64,000 nt of DNA from assembly GCA_963664825.1 (NCBI GenBank), contig OY761614.1:960001-1024000 (forward strand). The letters are read 5' to 3'. The position numbers were made by a program, and so were the translations under genes. Each line of letters opens with the position of its first letter. Within the stretch, counting starts at the first letter, position 1. The notes beneath the pieces were generated by a model, which was not told where the DNA came from, searched no databases, and saw only the letters and a list, made by a program, of their open reading frames with translations. Origin of the DNA: an uncultured Holophaga sp. (lineage in GTDB: Bacteria > Acidobacteriota > Holophagae > Holophagales > Holophagaceae). This document shows positions 61,712 through 64,000 of this stretch, piece by piece.

Positions 61712-62845
61712 TCAGTGCCCCTTCACCAGCCAGTGGAGGGTGGACAGGCGCACACGCAGAGCGGCGTTCACCTCCTCCAGCCGCACCACATCCAGTGTGG
61801 CCCCCGGGTCCCCGAAGAGACAGCCCTGGGTCCAGGCCGAAAGATAGGCTTCCGGGTGGAGCGCCAGGGCACTCCGTTCCGCCCGCCACTGCCCCTTGGC
61901 CACCTCCAGTTCCTCAAGGCTGAAGCCCCGGGCTCCGAGACGCTCCAGCTTGGTCCGCAGGAGGCCTTCCGGATCGGGAGACTTGCCAAGGAGCGTCTGG
62001 AATAGGATCGGCCCCGCATCCCCCAGGGGCCGTGGAGCCTCCACCCGGATGGAGCTTTCCCCGGTCTCCCGGAAGGCGCGCTCCAGGAGGAAGGAGACAA
62101 GCACGTGGGCCGTCCGGGCAGGGGCCTCTCCTTCCGGGGGCAGGGAACCCGCCCAGGCGAAGGCCCCCTCGCCGGGGATCGCTTGTCGAAAGGCCCATTC
62201 CGGAAGTTCCTGCCCCTGGGGAGAGGGCTCAGGAGCCGGGGCCCAGGTGCCCAGGTGGAGCATGACGAGCTGGCGGGCCTGAGGCAGATTGAGGTCCCCC
62301 TGGATGATGAGCACGGCCCGCTCCGGGCGCACCAGCCGCCGATGAAGGGCCAGACAACCGGGAAGGTCTAGCTTGGGCAAGGCCCCCTCTCCGGTGGGAA
62401 GACCCAGCACAGCGAGGAAGGACTCCTCGGGGCTGGCCGCCTCCTTGGTCGCCTGTCGGAGTGCGGTGATCCCTTCTGCCAGCGCGGGTCGGAAGAGCGC
62501 GTGGGCGAAGAACTCGAAGGCATCCTCCTGGTCCTGGCTATCGGTGAGCATGGACCAGGCCAGGGAATGCCTCCCGGCCTCCAAGTTCATTTTCAAACCC
62601 CGATCCGCCAGGGCCTGCTCCAGGGCCGTGCGACTAAATCCGCCGGCGCCCCCGTGGCCCAGGACGGCACACATCGAGGCGCTGTCCTCGCGGCCCTCCC
62701 AGGGCACCCTCAGCTCGAAACGCACCAGGGGCTGCTCGTGACGTTCATCGAGGATCACCCGAAGGCCATTGGGGGCGCGGAACTCCAGGGAAGGCGCCGG
62801 AACCGCCACGAGGATGCAGGGGAGGAGGAAGGGCAGGATGTTCAC
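61712..62845 (-). CDS. M16 family peptidase-like subunit (no HxxEH, likely non-catalytic)
   Basis: PNGLRVIL and RPERAVLIIQGD. Signal peptide. Coupled to the upstream M16 gene. Confidence 0.7.
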   Translation of the reverse strand: MNILPFLLPCILVAVPAPSLEFRAPNGLRVILDERHEQPLVRFELRVPWEGREDSASMCAVLGHGGAGGFSRTALEQALADRGLKMNLEAGRHSLAWSMLTDSQDQEDAFEFFAHALFRPALAEGITALRQATKEAASPEESFLAVLGLPTGEGALPKLDLPGCLALHRRLVRPERAVLIIQGDLNLPQARQLVMLHLGTWAPAPEPSPQGQELPEWAFRQAIPGEGAFAWAGSLPPEGEAPARTAHVLVSFLLERAFRETGESSIRVEAPRPLGDAGPILFQTLLGKSPDPEGLLRTKLERLGARGFSLEELEVAKGQWRAERSALALHPEAYLSAWTQGCLFGDPGATLDVVRLEEVNAALRVRLSTLHWLVKGH

Positions 62846-64000
62846 GCTCCCGCCTGGGCTTCGAGGAGCTTGAGGGTCTGTTGGCGCTCGGGCAGGGAGA
62901 GCATGCGCAGCTGCCGCAGGGTCTCCCGCACCACCGTTCCGGTCTGGGCCGGATCATCCAGCTTGCGCTGCACCAGGATCGTCAGGACCTTGCCCAGCTT
63001 CTCCTCCAGAGGATCCCGGGGGGCCAACAGCGGATCGGCCTCCAGGAGGGCCGTGACCCCTTGGCCGGGGACGAGGTAGCGCCGGGCCACATTCTGAATA
63101 TCTTCCGGCCTGAGATCCCGGCCCAGGCTGCGGGTTCGGAAGGCCTGACGCCAGTCCCCGGACTGGACCACCGCCCGGCCCAGGGTCCGGGCCAGGGCAG
63201 CCGCGTCCTCCTGGAGCGTCAACGCCTCGGTTTCAAGCTGGCGTTGGGCCTTCCGGAGTTCCTCCTCGGGGAGGAGTTCCCGCTGAATACGGAGGATCTC
63301 CCCCTGGATCCCCTCCTCGAGTTCCACCAGGCCGTGGCCCTGGGAAGGCCTGGCCTCGATGATGAAGAGAGAGGGATCGCGGTCCCCGGGGACACCGGCC
63401 CGGACATTCAGGCTGGCAGCCAATCCGCGTTCCTCCTGGAGCCGTCGGACGAGTCGAGAGCCCTTGGCCCCTCCCAGCGCCTGGGCTAGGAGCCGGAGGG
63501 CCGGTTCATCGGGATGGTTGGCCGAGGGGATCCGCCAGGCCACGAAGAGACGAGGCTCCCCGGGGATGCTGGCCTGGAGACGACGATATCCGGGTGCCTC
63601 GGGCAACTCGGAAATCCGTTCCTCCCGCCGCCCCCACCCCTCCGGGGCTGGGGACAGGGCCCCGAAACTGGCACCCAGGGTTGGCACCAGCGCCTCCAGA
63701 TGTAGATCGCCCACCAGAATGAGCGTCATCCGCTCCGGCGAGCACAGGCTGTGCGCGAAGGCGCGCAGCTCGGACCAACTGAGGGCCTCGAGGCTCCCCT
63801 TCTGGAGATCGCAGGTCTGTGCATAGCCGTGACCGCTGAAGGCCGTGCCCAGGAGGATGGAGAGCCCCCCCTCGCCCTCGAAATACGCCTTTCCAATCTC
63901 CTGGATCAGGCGCTCCCGCTCCAGGGGAAACTGGAAAAGGGCCATCCGCTGGAGGTGCCGCCGTTCCAGGCGACACCAGGCTTCGAAGGATTGGACGGGC
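62842..64000 (-). CDS. M16 family peptidase, C-terminal part; runs off the window
   Basis: PERMTLILVGD, LGGAKGSRL and EDIQNVARRYL. Confidence 0.8.
   Translation of the reverse strand, partial: PVQSFEAWCRLERRHLQRMALFQFPLERERLIQEIGKAYFEGEGGLSILLGTAFSGHGYAQTCDLQKGSLEALSWSELRAFAHSLCSPERMTLILVGDLHLEALVPTLGASFGALSPAPEGWGRREERISELPEAPGYRRLQASIPGEPRLFVAWRIPSANHPDEPALRLLAQALGGAKGSRLVRRLQEERGLAASLNVRAGVPGDRDPSLFIIEARPSQGHGLVELEEGIQGEILRIQRELLPEEELRKAQRQLETEALTLQEDAAALARTLGRAVVQSGDWRQAFRTRSLGRDLRPEDIQNVARRYLVPGQGVTALLEADPLLAPRDPLEEKLGKVLTILVQRKLDDPAQTGTVVRETLRQLRMLSLPERQQTLKLLEAQAGA

Overview
A GC-rich bacterial chromosome segment. From gene content and protein style I infer Acidobacteriota, probably class Holophagae (Geothrix/Holophaga-like); this is not proven. 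Most genes are housekeeping: mreBCD-mrdA-rodA-ligA-exonuclease, mfd, der, tRNA-Val and tRNA-Asp, an ATP synthase operon (b', b, delta, alpha, gamma, beta, epsilon, with no a or c subunit in this window), purC and surE. There are also many peptidases (PepD, M13, S9, C1, two M3, two M16) and several outer-membrane beta-barrel or TonB-dependent proteins. The most striking element is an intact, overlapping gatE-gatD pair, the archaeal-type Glu-tRNA(Gln) amidotransferase, in a bacterial context. Other items worth a look are a translationally coupled GNAT / PlsC-like acyltransferase / ureohydrolase operon (possible amino-lipid pathway) and a RomR-like response regulator with an unknown partner gene. 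A 15-codon mini-ORF bridges atpF and atpH. Two genes have duplicated 3' ends that flank inserted DNA. MreB has Gln at the usual catalytic Glu, and there are a PAP2/four-helix-bundle fusion, REP-like repeats and a RhuM pseudogene. I saw no CRISPR array, rRNA, transposase, integrase or reverse transcriptase. All family calls come from recognising motifs by eye, not from database searches.
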